Positions 13,306 to 27,131 of a stretch of 64,000 nucleotides of DNA are shown here, one piece after another (the first letter of the stretch is position 1; every line of letters begins with the position of its first letter). The stretch is taken from positions 992,001 through 1,056,000 of the forward strand of contig JAFMPO010000001.1 of the NCBI GenBank assembly GCA_017654855.1. Direction: 5' to 3'. The DNA is from Podospora anserina (taxonomy: Eukaryota). The position numbers and the translations under genes are program-made. Under the pieces are notes generated by a model, which had not been told where the DNA came from, did no database searches, and saw only the letters and a list, made by a program, of their open reading frames with translations.

Positions 13306-14610
13306 TATTACGGTATGACGCTGTTGCTAAAAGCTGTTGACGCTTTGCCCGAAAGCTATTAAATCGGTGTTGCCATGAATTGATACTTGACAGCTGCGCT
13401 CGAGGTCAGGAGAGAAAGAGACAAAAAGACGGTATGGGATGACCCGAGAAGTGTGAATGGCGGGGCAATTGGCTGGTGCAGCTTGGGCAAGGCTTCGAGC
13501 TTTCCACCCCTTGTCCAGTTATGCTGATTTCTGAAAATGCAATATCACCAAGGCTGTGCTGGTAGTAAATACAGTGTTGCGTGCGTATCAGATACTCGTG
13601 CTCGCCCGGGCCGTCGTCGTCGTCGTGTATCGGTGGACTATTTTCGCCCGGTTTGTTAGCTGTAAGGAAAGTGACGTGCTGTGCTGCGGTTGAGGTTGAA
13701 GTGCCGCTCCGCTGCCAGCGCATCAAATCTCCCCGCGGCAGGCAGGGCGGTTATTGATTAGCGTGATCCTTTAGGCTTAGCGCTCTGGAAAATGGGGATC
13801 TGCAAATGCGAATCGACGTGCCAAGACCTGCGAGTCGATGTCCATGTGGATGAATTGGGATGAAGGGAATCAGGTGAAGTAAAAATGAAATGTAGAGATC
13901 AGACCATAAGCTTTGACTTTCTTGATGACCAGTAAGTTCATTCACAGTCCTTCAACCTGGCTCCCTCGCTATGGCTTGCCGTCTGTGAACCGTGCTGCCC
14001 TGGTTGACAAGGCGGTCAACATCACAGCAACCATTGAGACGCAGGCGCCGCCGGCTACCAAGCGACGTGGGCAATGGAAAAAAGTATCTGGCAGTGTAAT
14101 GTAAGGGGGCTTCTTCTCGGGTCTCGGGATCTGCCCTGGTCGGATTAGGCTGCCAGTACACCATGTGTAGGGTCAGTGGTGAAACACTGACTACTGTTCA
14201 TGAAGACGCAGAGGCTGGAGACAGTCAATTGAAACTGGAAATCTCGAATAACCCATAAATGCAGCCGCTGGCCAGCAGTTACACCTGGCACGATATCAAG
14301 TCCCAAAATTGGATACCAAACATTGACCCGCATTGGATATGCAAAGCTGATCCCGCAGTCCTTTACCAATCGTATAGGCCTCAGCAAAACATTCCCCAGC
14401 CAGCATGTGGGTGTGGAAGCCGTCGATGCCGACGTGTCCTGCATTGCATGACAGGGAGCAAACAGATCGATCACAACATCTACAGTTCTTGGTCTATGGT
14501 AACCAGAGATCCAAGTCACCGCTTGATCGGGCCCATATGTTGCGGAGGACCGGCCGCTGAGGTTGGGAAGTTTCATAATTGTATAATATATACCTTAGTC
14601 ATAGGCACAA

Positions 14611-14611
<1 letters not shown>

Positions 14612-14641
<30 letters not shown>
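14612..14641 (+). repeat. (AC)15 microsatellite
   Basis: Read directly; lies downstream of HOG1. Confidence 0.95.
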
Positions 14642-14643
<2 letters not shown>

Positions 14644-15210
14644 AACTTGAATGGAACTATATCTTCATTTCCCCGTAGAATCAGGTTACCTGACTGACTG
14701 CCTGACTGATCAAGACTGCCTCTTTGCCCACGATCCCTGCTGTGGCATGGGTTACAGACTTGCGCTGTTGCAACAAAGTCGAAATCATGGTCATCATCGT
14801 TAAAATCTGCTAAGTTCGGCTCCTCTCATGTGAACCCCACAACCCCCATCCATCTAGACACGCGCCTTATACCATATCCAGCAAGAACAATGAGATAAAG
14901 ATATGAACCATCCCTCCTTTCGTGTACTGGTCTCCCGGGTTCTTCCTGTTGAACCTTCTTTCGAAAGTGAATTCTCCAGCAGCCGCTATGCCATGCCCAT
15001 TAAAACTCGCCCATTTTGTTGCTTTAGACATGCAGGTCACAACTCGAGACAGACTCCTCAGTGAAAACGCCGAGAAAAGAAAAGGTCACTGAAAATAACC
15101 CACGAGACATGGCTGTCGAGTTGGTAGCAACCATCACACAGGACCACCCATATCGGCACCTGGATGCTCCTTCTGTGTATTACCCACCCTGCCGGATCCC
15201 GATTCCGAGC

Positions 15211-16675
<1,465 letters not shown>

Positions 16676-19600
16676 GGTGGGCGGGTTGTATTGCGTTGTC
16701 GAGTTTGTCGAGTCGAGTCGAGCGTGCGGTGGCGGCAACAATGCAGGAAATGTGGCGGGGAAGATAGATGCCGGAGGTGGACAATCGTGGGCGCTGCGCG
16801 AGATTCTAGACGACCGGCAAGCGAAGAATGTTCGGGAAGCGATCGGCGTCTATTTGGACGGGCAAAAGCGGTTGTGGACAAGAATGCGAGTGCGTCGAAG
16901 TCGTCCAAGGAAGAGAGAACAGCGGGGTTGCTCGCTAGGTAGGTGAGGCGGGGGGCGAGCAGAACACTGTGCTGTTGACGGTTTCGTCAGGTGCGGGGAT
17001 TGGGTATCTTGAATGCAGAGGACAAATTTAGCTGCGCCCGGAGGGATTTCAGGGAATTGCGCTGGAAAGAGGCCCAGGAAAAATAGGCGGGTCTTTGGTG
17101 GTAGGTTTCAGTGGGCGGGTTCAGTGCGCGTACCTGCAGTCTCCAGCAAAAATGATGAAACTTCCAACAGAAAAGAGAGCTGACGGAGCTCTTGATCGAG
17201 ACAGGCCGGGTCGCTTCTGCTGTTACGCGGCAACTGGTAGTCTTGTATTCGCGTGGTCTGGGTGTGGCACGCTGCGATCGTTTTGGTTCAGGATGGGGGC
17301 AATAAACCGGAAATTCTGTCGATGGAGCGAATGAAATGCGCTGCTCAAAAAACCACTATTACTGACGAATGTCCTGCTTGGCAACCTGATGCTCGACAGT
17401 TTCCGACTGTTCGTACGGATTTGGGGTCTCGAGCCCTGAATAGCGAAATGTCTTTTTGCACGAAGGGGAGGAGGCAAATAATCGCCCTGACAGACGACGA
17501 CGACACAGTCAAATCAAAATGTTGGGATCGATCGTGGAGGCGGAAGTTCGTGTGCAAAGGAGAGAGGAGAGAGAGAGAGAATAGGTCCAGGATGGTCGAT
17601 AGTTATTATTCTGGTGTCAGGGGGAGGGGGGAGGGGTAGATGGTCATGTATTCAGGACAAGACAGGCTGGCACCCTTGGTGTGGTTGCAAGGTGGGATGG
17701 CAGCGGAGGGACGTGGATGGATGGGGCCGGGATGTGACACGCGGGGCCTTGCGACGGGGAGAACAGGATATGGATCTGAATCTTCTCAAATTCCATGCTT
17801 TGGCACGCCCACTTTCCCGTCTAACCCATCCAGATTGGAGCGCCAGCTATTCATCACATCACTTCCAGAGGTCCCTGAGTAGTAGGGCCACTAGGGCGCA
17901 TTGGCTGCTAAGCAGTGTATGTTTTGCAGTGTAATCAACTAACTACCTTACCCATCTTTTCAGCGTTCGACCTGACTGGGATTTGCATGGAAGGTGTCTA
18001 TCTGTTCCACAGGCGCCGCAATGAACCTGGCAGCGTGATCCTTGCCTGCCCTACAAAGAGCTGAGCTCCATCAGCCCCTCACTTGTAGTAACTGCTCCTT
18101 GGGCGCAAATGCCTTGCAATACCCAGCTTCGACCTGCTCTGCACGAAAAGTGAGGATTTGTAGGGTGTGCTGTACCCACACTGTCGATTGGTATGCCCAT
18201 GGGCCTCAACGGTTTCGCCAATCCGGCAGCGCCATCCCAAAGTGATCGAGGCATCGAAAACAACAGTTGGGTGAACAGACAGCAGCGAGGAGGGGAAGCC
18301 AAGACTATGACGTAGGTGCGTGGTGGGGTTGTTGCAGCCCTTGTCGCAGAGGCTGTGGGGTCATGTCTGTTCAGCCAATCCTGCGATTTCCACAGTCCCC
18401 GGTTCTCGTCCCGGCATCGAACAATTTGGCGTGCGATCGATGCTCGTCGAAGCAGACATCTGGCGGTCTGAGCAGTCCGTCTTCTCATGTTTCTTGAAAC
18501 CCATCACGGGGTCCGTTTTCACAACCGCCGCTGCAAACTGCCCGAACCACACATCCCCCAAACCCAACTGTGACGGACATTTCGCTCCGGAGAAGGCCGG
18601 CTTGTACCAAGTTCCATCGTGCGTGCTCTCTGTAACAAACCCAATTGCATCCCATGCCTATGTCCAGTGACATATGCTGGAGAAGACCCTGTCATTTCAG
18701 GCACAGGGAACACAGCCAAACACTTGGTATCAACCACACTACTACTACACCATGCAAATGCATCGTCATTTTCTCTCTCTCTCCCAGCCATACCTCCGCA
18801 TCGTCACTTCTAGGGATTCTCAGGGTCCTGACAATTGCCCGTGCGCCATTCCCATACACCATCGAAATACGGAGTACATTGGTACATTCTTCCCCATACT
18901 GTGATGTGATGTGCATTTTCCACCCCCTGTGAAGCTTCCCGGCCCTCGACAATCTAGACCCCAAGTTGTCCAAGAATGCCTCATGATCATCAGGGGAACC
19001 GCAAAGCAGAAGCATGGCAATATCTCCCGAGAGGCTTTAGCAGGCGCCAGAGAGACTGATCAGTTCATCTTTTCAAAATAAGCTTCTCCCTCGTACCATT
19101 CCCACGGGACGTATATCCGCACGCACCCGAGCTACCTTCCACCTGCTGTTCTGCCCGAGGCTCCTTTGTGATAGAGATGTCCCTCGCCATCATCTTTGGG
19201 CTGTTGGTGTGTGTACTTGGGTAGCCTAACCATGCGCAGTCTTCTGAAACGTCATGATAGCTAGCGGCCTACTGCCAGGACAGTCCGTCTCCCAACAACT
19301 CTAACAACCCGCGGCATCAAATGACCCTGCATGTTGGATAACAATGGGATGTCCAACGGCTTGGGGCTGGGCGGGGAAAAACGCAATTCGCAGCCGCAAG
19401 CGGGGCAGGGACAAGCTCGAGACTACGCTATCTCATGCACAATGACGTCGAAATCTCTATTGCCCAGCCCGGACCCTGGTCGCTTGGCGGGTACGGACAG
19501 GGTGACACGTAGAACCCTGGAAAAGAAAAGAAGGGGACCCTTCAGCCGTCATGACATTTGGTTAACCCACGAAGATGCAGCGAGGACACACCTAACGCGA

Positions 19601-20256
19601 GCTGAGTTCCTCTTTTTCATTTTGGATGCGATGCCGAGTCTGCAGGTCAAAGTCAGCTCGCCTCTTTTCAGTAGGTTGACATGGGTTTGGGGCGTATTCA
19701 TCATAATAATGGTTGCAAAAATATATGAGTGATAATTCTCGTCATCATTATGTTAAGAGTTCCATTCAGCTGCCCACGGATAAATCGCATCAGCTGGAGT
19801 TGGCTGACTCGGTATGTAATGCAATTGGCATGGTTGGGCACTTGCAGTTGTTGTGGATTCCCAATTATTTTCATACTGCACACAAACAACCTCCATGCCC
19901 ACTTGGGTCATCACGTTGGGCTGGCATATCAGCAGCTACACTGTGGGACTCAACAGCAGCCCAAATGGCCATGAGTCCTAGAACAGAAGACCGCAATCAG
20001 ATGAAAGAACGGCAAACTCATGGGGCAGAAAATATGATTCAAAGGTCTGTCATCTCATCATTCCAGGCCATAATCCATACCACCGACGTACTAGGATTGC
20101 TGCCATCAAGATCTTGACGACCCAACCGCTCTTGTTCGTGCCCGCATTCTACTTGCTACCACGCCCAATGAATGGCAGCTTCTGATAGAGGTGTTTCTCA
20201 CCATGCTGTTTCCTCTTTTGGCCTGCCTCTGCCTTTTTGAGTCCGGGGAGGACGAC

Positions 20257-23256
20257 CTACGCTCCTTCCTCCTTCTCCACACGGAGAGGCTCGATGTTCC
20301 AGATGCCCTCGGCATACTCATTGATACAGCGATCCGAGCTGAAGAAGCCCATTCTCGCTACCGATGTGATGCACTTGGTAATCCACTCCTCCTGATTCCG
20401 GTACGCATCGTCCACCAACGCTTGCGTTTCAATGTATGAGTGGAAGTCGTCAGAAACAAGATAGTAGTCGCCGTGGTCCCGGACAGCCGAGATCAGAGCG
20501 GCAAAATCTTGTGTGCTGCCGAAGGTACCCTTCTCGATTTCCTGGAATACCCGGTTGAGATCGGGGTCGATCTCATGCGTGCCGTACGTGTGTGCGTGGC
20601 GGAGATCCTCAACATCTTCAGCAAGGTTGCCGAACAAAAAGATGTTGTTCTCCCCGATCTCGCGCGTGATCTCGATGTTGGCACCGTCGCAGGTACCGAT
20701 GATGAGACCACCGTTGAGTACAAACTTCATGTTACTTGTGCCAGAGGCCCTATAGAGATTGGTGGTTAAATTCCGTGCTGCGGCAATCAGGAAAGGCATC
20801 ACTTACTCAGTACCGGCAGTCGAGATGTGCTCGCTGATGTCCGAGGCAGGAATGATGATCTCGGCCTTGCTCACGTTGTAGTCCTCGAGGAAAACCACCT
20901 TGAGCAGGTCGCCAATGTCCTCATCGTTATTGACCACCTTACCCACACTGTTAATCAAATGGATAATCTGCTTGGCCATCCAGTATCCCGGAGCAGCCTT
21001 GCCGCCAAAAATGGACACTCTTGGCTGCTGCTTCTTGCGCTCCTCGGGTGACATAGCCTTGAGTGTGAGGTAACGATGGATAACACCAAAGATGTTGAGC
21101 TGCTGGCGCTTGTACTCATGAATACGCTTGACTTGCACATCAAATAGGGCGGTTGGGTCGACGGTGACGCCCGCGCTCGCCTTGATATGCTTGGCAAGAC
21201 GCTCCTTGTTGGCAAGCTTGATGTCGGCCCATGCCTTGCGGAAAGCCTTATCCTTGACGTACAGCTCGATCTTGTTGAGCTCATTGAGGTCCGTCAAAAA
21301 GTCCTTGCCACCAGTCTTGCTCGAAATCAATTCGGACAGACGGGGATTGGCCTGATGAAGCCATCTGCGAGGCGTGATACCGTTTGTGACGTTGGTGAAC
21401 TTGTCGGGGCCGAAGATGGTCACGAAGTCCTTGAAGATGGTGGTCTTGATGAGATCCGAGTGCAGCTCAGCAACACCATTGACCTTGTGAGAACCCACAA
21501 TAGCGAGATGAGCCATGCGAACCATCTTGGGCTGCGACTCCTCAATGATGGAAACGCGGCCCAAAAGATCGCGCTCCTCGGGGAATCGGCGCTCGACACT
21601 CTGGAGGAAGTAGAGGTTGATGTCGTAGATGATCTGCAGGTGACGGGGAAGAAGATGTTGAATCAGGGGAACAGACCACTTCTCGAGGGCTTCAGGGAGC
21701 ACAGTGTGGTTGGTGTAGCCGAAAGTGTTAGTGACGATGTTCCAAGCCTCATCCCACTCGAGACCCTCCAGATCCAGCAGAATGCGCTGGAGCTCGACAA
21801 CCGCGAGGGTTGGGTGGGTGTCATTGAGCTGGATGGCAACCTGCTCGGGGAACTCTTTCCAGGGGCGCTTGGACTTCTTGAAACGACGGACAATGTCGTA
21901 CAGCGAGGCGGCAACCCAGAAGTATTGCTGCTTCAGACGCAGCTCCTTTCCGCGCTCAAGGTTGTCGTTGGGGTAAAGCACCGCCGAGATTGTCTCGGCG
22001 CGTTGCTGATCGGCCACAGAGCTTTCGTAGTCACCGTTGTTGAACTTCTGGAAGTCAAACTCGCCACTGGCTGCTGTGCTGGACCACAACCTCAAGTTGT
22101 TCGTAGAAGGGGTCGCGTAACCAGGGATGGGCACATCGTAGGCGACTGCCTTGACGATCTCACCGCCCTCCCAGTGGGCAACGGTCCTCCCGTTCTCATC
22201 AGTCGACTTGCGAACGTGGCCAAAGAACTGGATATCAACAGTAACATCGTGTCTAGGGAACTCCCAAGGATTGAAGTCCAACCAATAATCAGGAACTTCC
22301 ACCTGGTACCCATCAATGATCTCCTGTTTGAAGATACCATAGCGATATCGCAAGCCGTAACCCCAAGCTGGGTAGTTGAGACTGGCAAGACTGTCCAGGA
22401 AGCAAGCGGCAAGGCGGCCCAAACCACCATTGCCGAGAGCAGCGTCGTGTTCTTGTTCAATCACATCCTCGATGCGGAAACCAAGGTCGGCGAGGCCAGC
22501 TAAACAGTTGCTGATCAGCATCGTGCTCAAATGCCACACCCATTCAGAGCCCACTCACCCTTGGCCGTATCCTTTTGTCCGATATTGAGCATAGCGTTGT
22601 CGAGAGCCCTTCCCATCAGGAACTCCAAGCTCAGGTAGTAAAGTCTCTTGCTGTCAACGAACGTCTGGCGCTGCTGGGTGCGGTTCCACTCAAGGATAAG
22701 GCGATCGCGGAAGGCGAGACTGCATGCCGAATAAGCTGCAGATTCGTCGCAGTTGAACATGCTACGAGCGAGCGTCGTCTCGACATGACGGACGACCTCG
22801 GACTCGAAGCCATCTTTGTCCTTGAAACCGCTGACCTGATGCTTCAGCCAGGCCTCACGTTGCGGCTCAGGGATGGAAGCTAGATGCCAAGGAGACGTTT
22901 GTTAGCACATGCACCTGCAGGTTCTTGGCACCCCGCCTGTCTCACACAAGCCCTTGGGAATCCGTGAGGGGCAATCAAACAGGTGGGGGAGCTGCTTGCG
23001 CTCATCGCCCGACCATGAGAGCTGTCACCAAAGCTCCCGAGACATGAGCAGCCCCTTCCCTCTCCATGAGACAATTGGCTGGAAATAGACTCAACATACC
23101 TTCCACACTCTTGATCTCTCCGGCACCGAAGCCGGTAAAGGTGCGTTTGTGCTTGGGCCGAGAGATGCCCGCTGGGCCGACAGAGCCCTGGATGTCCACA
23201 ATCGGGGCTCCCATGGAGGGGCGACGCTGTCTGGTGGGGAGGGATTCGGACGCCAT
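20257..23256 (-). CDS. GPH1: Glycogen phosphorylase
   Basis: Motifs DAALGNGGLGRLAACFLDS, QLNDTHP, TNGITPRRW, VKRIHEYKRQ, STAGTE/ASGTSNMKF (PLP lysine). N-terminal HKRTFTGF regulatory motif. Introns 22880-23099, 22500-22558 and 20750-20806. Confidence 0.98.
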
Positions 23257-25764
23257 GGTGAGAAGAGGCTTCCAAGTTGCCGGACTAGAAGAAAATGTCA
23301 GACACCTTCAAGTTTGTTCCCTTCAGAGGAGGGGTTCGAAGTTTAAAAGAGAGGAAAAGGAGACTACAGGCGGCAAAAGAGCCAAGGCAGGTCAGGCACG
23401 CTTACGTAGTAGAGGGCAAGTCGATAAGATCAGCTCAGGCTTGAATTGGGCGTGGTGGGGTAGCTGGCTGCTCTGGCGTGTCTGGGTGCCACTGTCTAGC
23501 AGCGAAGCTATTGGCGGTCTAGGCAATGGGGCGGGTAGATGAGGTGGTGATGGTTATGTATAACGATGAGAGAGGAGCGGCGGGGAGTGCAGGACAAGAA
23601 CCCCACACAAGAATAGTTGTAAGACGGAGAAGAGATGGAAGAGAAGAGAATGAGACGACGAGGAGCTGGTGGGAAGAGCCTTCCATATAACTTTTACGCC
23701 CGGTCGGTCACCAACCGTGTGAGCCAAACTTAGCAGCAAAAGCTCCAGGAATCCTGCTCCTGCCTTCCTGCACAGCGCCGTTCGCATTCCCGGATCCATG
23801 CTGTCCTGTTGTGGATGGCACCCGACTGAGGAGAGAGGTCCTTGTGGACAGAACTGCATCCCCTGCCCATGCACCACCCACCACCTCCACCACCACTGAC
23901 CACCACCACTGACCACCTCCTCCTTCCTGCAGCTTTTCAATATGGGGAGCTTTCTGGCCCTTTCTTCAAGGTGCTTGTCTGCGACTTGATTGGCTTTCCT
24001 GGTGCATTGGTCCTCCGCATCTCCTGCAACTCGGCCAAGTCACGACCTTGGGTCGTGCCTGTCTCCCTTTCAGTCGACATTCTGCATGGCCGTTGACACG
24101 AGTTGCGATGTCATTGTGCTGCTCCGACCAGGCCGAGACGTCGTTCGGATGCGTAACGCGGGGTAGGTGATCTGGAAGAGCCGAGAGCCATATCTCTTTC
24201 CACCTGGCGGATTGTCATCAACTCGCAAGTGGAAATGCCACTGGTTTGTTGCGGCGTGGGGCTGGGACACAGCTGCTGTGATGATTGATTGGGCTTGGAG
24301 AATCCCCCACATTATGCCTGAAACTCTGCATCATCATTCTTATATCTAAGGGCGGTAGCATTGGGTTATCCTGGCATTCCCACGGCTTGATAAAGCAGAT
24401 CGAGATCGTAAGGCCATCATTATGTTAGGCATGTGCTTCATCAACCAACTGAACCGGCGCCAAGCATCACCAACACACCGAGCCTGCAGTCTTCAGCCCA
24501 ACTCTACTCCACTCCGAGCCCACCCAGACTGCCCTGCTTGACGTGTTGCATCATTAATGTCTTATTAGTCGAGATGACAGACTTGAATACAACGTCGTTC
24601 AAGGCTAACATCCCAAGTCATGAGGAGATCTCATAATTGGGTTGATAGGGTGGCTATTAGGTAGACACCTTCTGCCGAACATGAACACCACTCTCACTGA
24701 TCTGGAAGTATGCTCGTAATATGGCAGAAACAATGCCAGCCAATTTGACTGGGACTCTTTGACCTATTTCTTCGAGAGCTGTCAGAAGACTTGTGATAAA
24801 AAGCACGAAAGGAACATTTTCATACAAAGAAAGGGTGGGCAAAACGTGTTTCAACCACACGGCACGGGACGGGCTCGGGAGACCCAAACACCAGGCAAGG
24901 TGCCCATGTCTTTGAGTACATCAAAACAAACATTGCGGCTCGGGAACATCAACAAGGGGCTTGCCATGCCTTGTGACCTTGGACTGTTATTGTTAGAGCG
25001 AAACAATATCCCGCAGAGCCATTCCCAATACGACCCAAAAGCACCGGACACTCTGACCAAAAATATGTGGTTTGGCGCCCTCTGAAAGTATCGTATACAT
25101 GAAATTTTAATTCTTCACCCCAGCTCGTTGCAGACAGCTCGAAAGGGACTTCGGGATCTAAGATCATCTATTTAGTTGGTATGGATAGATAGGAGGACAA
25201 GACTAATAAGGTGTAGTTGGAAAGGGCACGGGTCGTCTCAGACGCCCATCATCCCTCGCTTTTCACTGACATGTCTTCAGGGACCTGTTTTCTCCTCCTG
25301 AAGCTCCATCCTTTTTTGCCTTTTCCGCCTGTCCATCCCTCGCTCCTGCTCCGGAATCGTAAAATCAAAATAAAAGACAGAACGTTGCTCAAAAATAAAA
25401 GTCGTCGTTTCACCCATGGCCTTGTACGCCGTGTCATATGCAGAGGAAAGCCCAGGCTGAAGCTATGTCGTGTGTTGTGAAGTGGGTTCGGTGTCCAGGA
25501 TATCGGGTGAGAGGTTTTTGGTGAATTACAATATTCCTGCAGCTAGATTCCCCGATAGAGGGATCTGTACATTATCAATCAATAAGGAGAGATTCGAGTG
25601 TCGCTATTTGCTGACTTTCCTCGGATCGAATCGTGCCTGTGTTCCTTGGTAGGATGGGAGGGTGATGCTTTCGGGATCAACAGCTGCCAGGCACAGCAGT
25701 CCTGAAATACGCCCGATCGTGCGGGGAGTACGCCTCCAACTCTGGAGGATGCATGAGGGGGCAT

Positions 25765-27131
25765 CTATAGAATACCAGAATCCTTCAGCGCGTTGTTCAG
25801 GATCGTCTCCTTAACCGCAGCAAAAACCAGACGGATGTTGCTAGTATCTGTCGCTTGTGTCAAGCTGATCGATCGTTAGCATCATAACAAAAGCAAAACG
25901 ACGGCGGGACAGAGAACAACTTACTGAGGGTAGAGATTTAGATGCGCCCTGTTCACTTGGTTGAATCTCCAGAGCAGATACTTGGCTGCCTTGTTGACGT
26001 CGTTGCCTCCCGAGTAATCGGGGAAATAGTTGCTGAGTGGAGATCGGCCCAGTTTCTGCTTGAAGATATCAACCTTATTCAAGAACAAGATGATACTCGT
26101 GCGCATAAACCACCGTGAGTTGACTACCGAGTCGAAAAGTAGTAGTGACTCCATCATACGGTTCTAGAGATCCAATTAGCATCACGGAGACATAACTTGA
26201 TGGGCCACGAATCGCGTACCTGACTGCTTTCTTCTAGCAAGACCTGATCGTACTCGCTCAAGGCCACACAAAAGATGATGGAAGTGACGTTCTCAAAACA
26301 GTGGATCCACTTCTTGCGTTCGCTGCGTTGACCACCCACGTCAAACATGCTGTGAACTGTCAGTGTTGTTCCAGGCAAGATTGGCAGCATGAAAACTCAC
26401 TGAATACTGAGTTGGCCCATCTTGAATCTCGTCTCGTAGATACCTGTGGTCTTCGTTCTCGCCCGAAGCACATCCATCTCATTGGGGATGTACTCCTTGT
26501 GTGCGATTCTTGCAGCCTCGTCAAAAAAGCTGCCGGTGAAGTTAGATACCAGTCCGTGCCCCTCGGTTCAAACACAAGAAACTCACTATTCCGCAGAGTC
26601 CATCAAGTAAAACTCTGTTTGCCTTTCCATGAGTTGCTCCTTGGCCGGGTCGTTCCATAATGACTGGATCGCCACGCTGACCTTTGCGTCAATGGTCTGT
26701 GGGTTGGTATCGAGGGAGTAATCAATCAAAAAGTCGAGATGTCGCTTGTTCTCGTCCAGTACTGGCTCGATGTCGAACTGGCGCATGGCGCTGGCGACCG
26801 ATTTGGCGCATTCCAGCAGGTTTTTGAACACGGTGGGTCTGTAATTCTTGAGCTCCTCATGCGAATAACCTTTCAGGTGGATGATTTTCATCTGCTTCAC
26901 AATAGTTGACTTGCCGCTCTCACCAGAGCCTGCGTGTGTAACAAGTGGTTAGCAAATGGAAAGTCGCGACTTGGCGGCTCGCGCGGCGAAGCAGACAATT
27001 GACGTACCAAGCAGTAGAATCTTGCATTCTCGGCGCAGCCGTTTTGAATCTTCCTCCAGATCTCTGTCAATCTTGTTGCTCCTCTTCCGCTGTTCCGATT
27101 CCTCCCCGCTCGTGCTCATGCACGACCCCAT
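25765..27131 (-). CDS. GNA3: Heterotrimeric G-protein alpha subunit, fungal class III (GNA-3/GanB/MOD-D type, cAMP-linked)
   Basis: MGSCMS (myristoylation/palmitoylation), [52 protein letters not shown] and C-terminus LKDSGIL*. Five introns. Confidence 0.95.

Noticed and set aside
13913..14645. Cluster of short ORFs between AVL9 and HOG1
   Set aside because: No coherent splice model, codon bias or recognisable motif.
21187..22503. 438-aa ORF antisense to glycogen phosphorylase (similar cases at 3604-4218, 15832-16473, 34195-35007, 59266-59934)
   Set aside because: Typical shadow ORFs: strong C-ending codon bias in the sense gene removes antisense stops, and there are no protein motifs.
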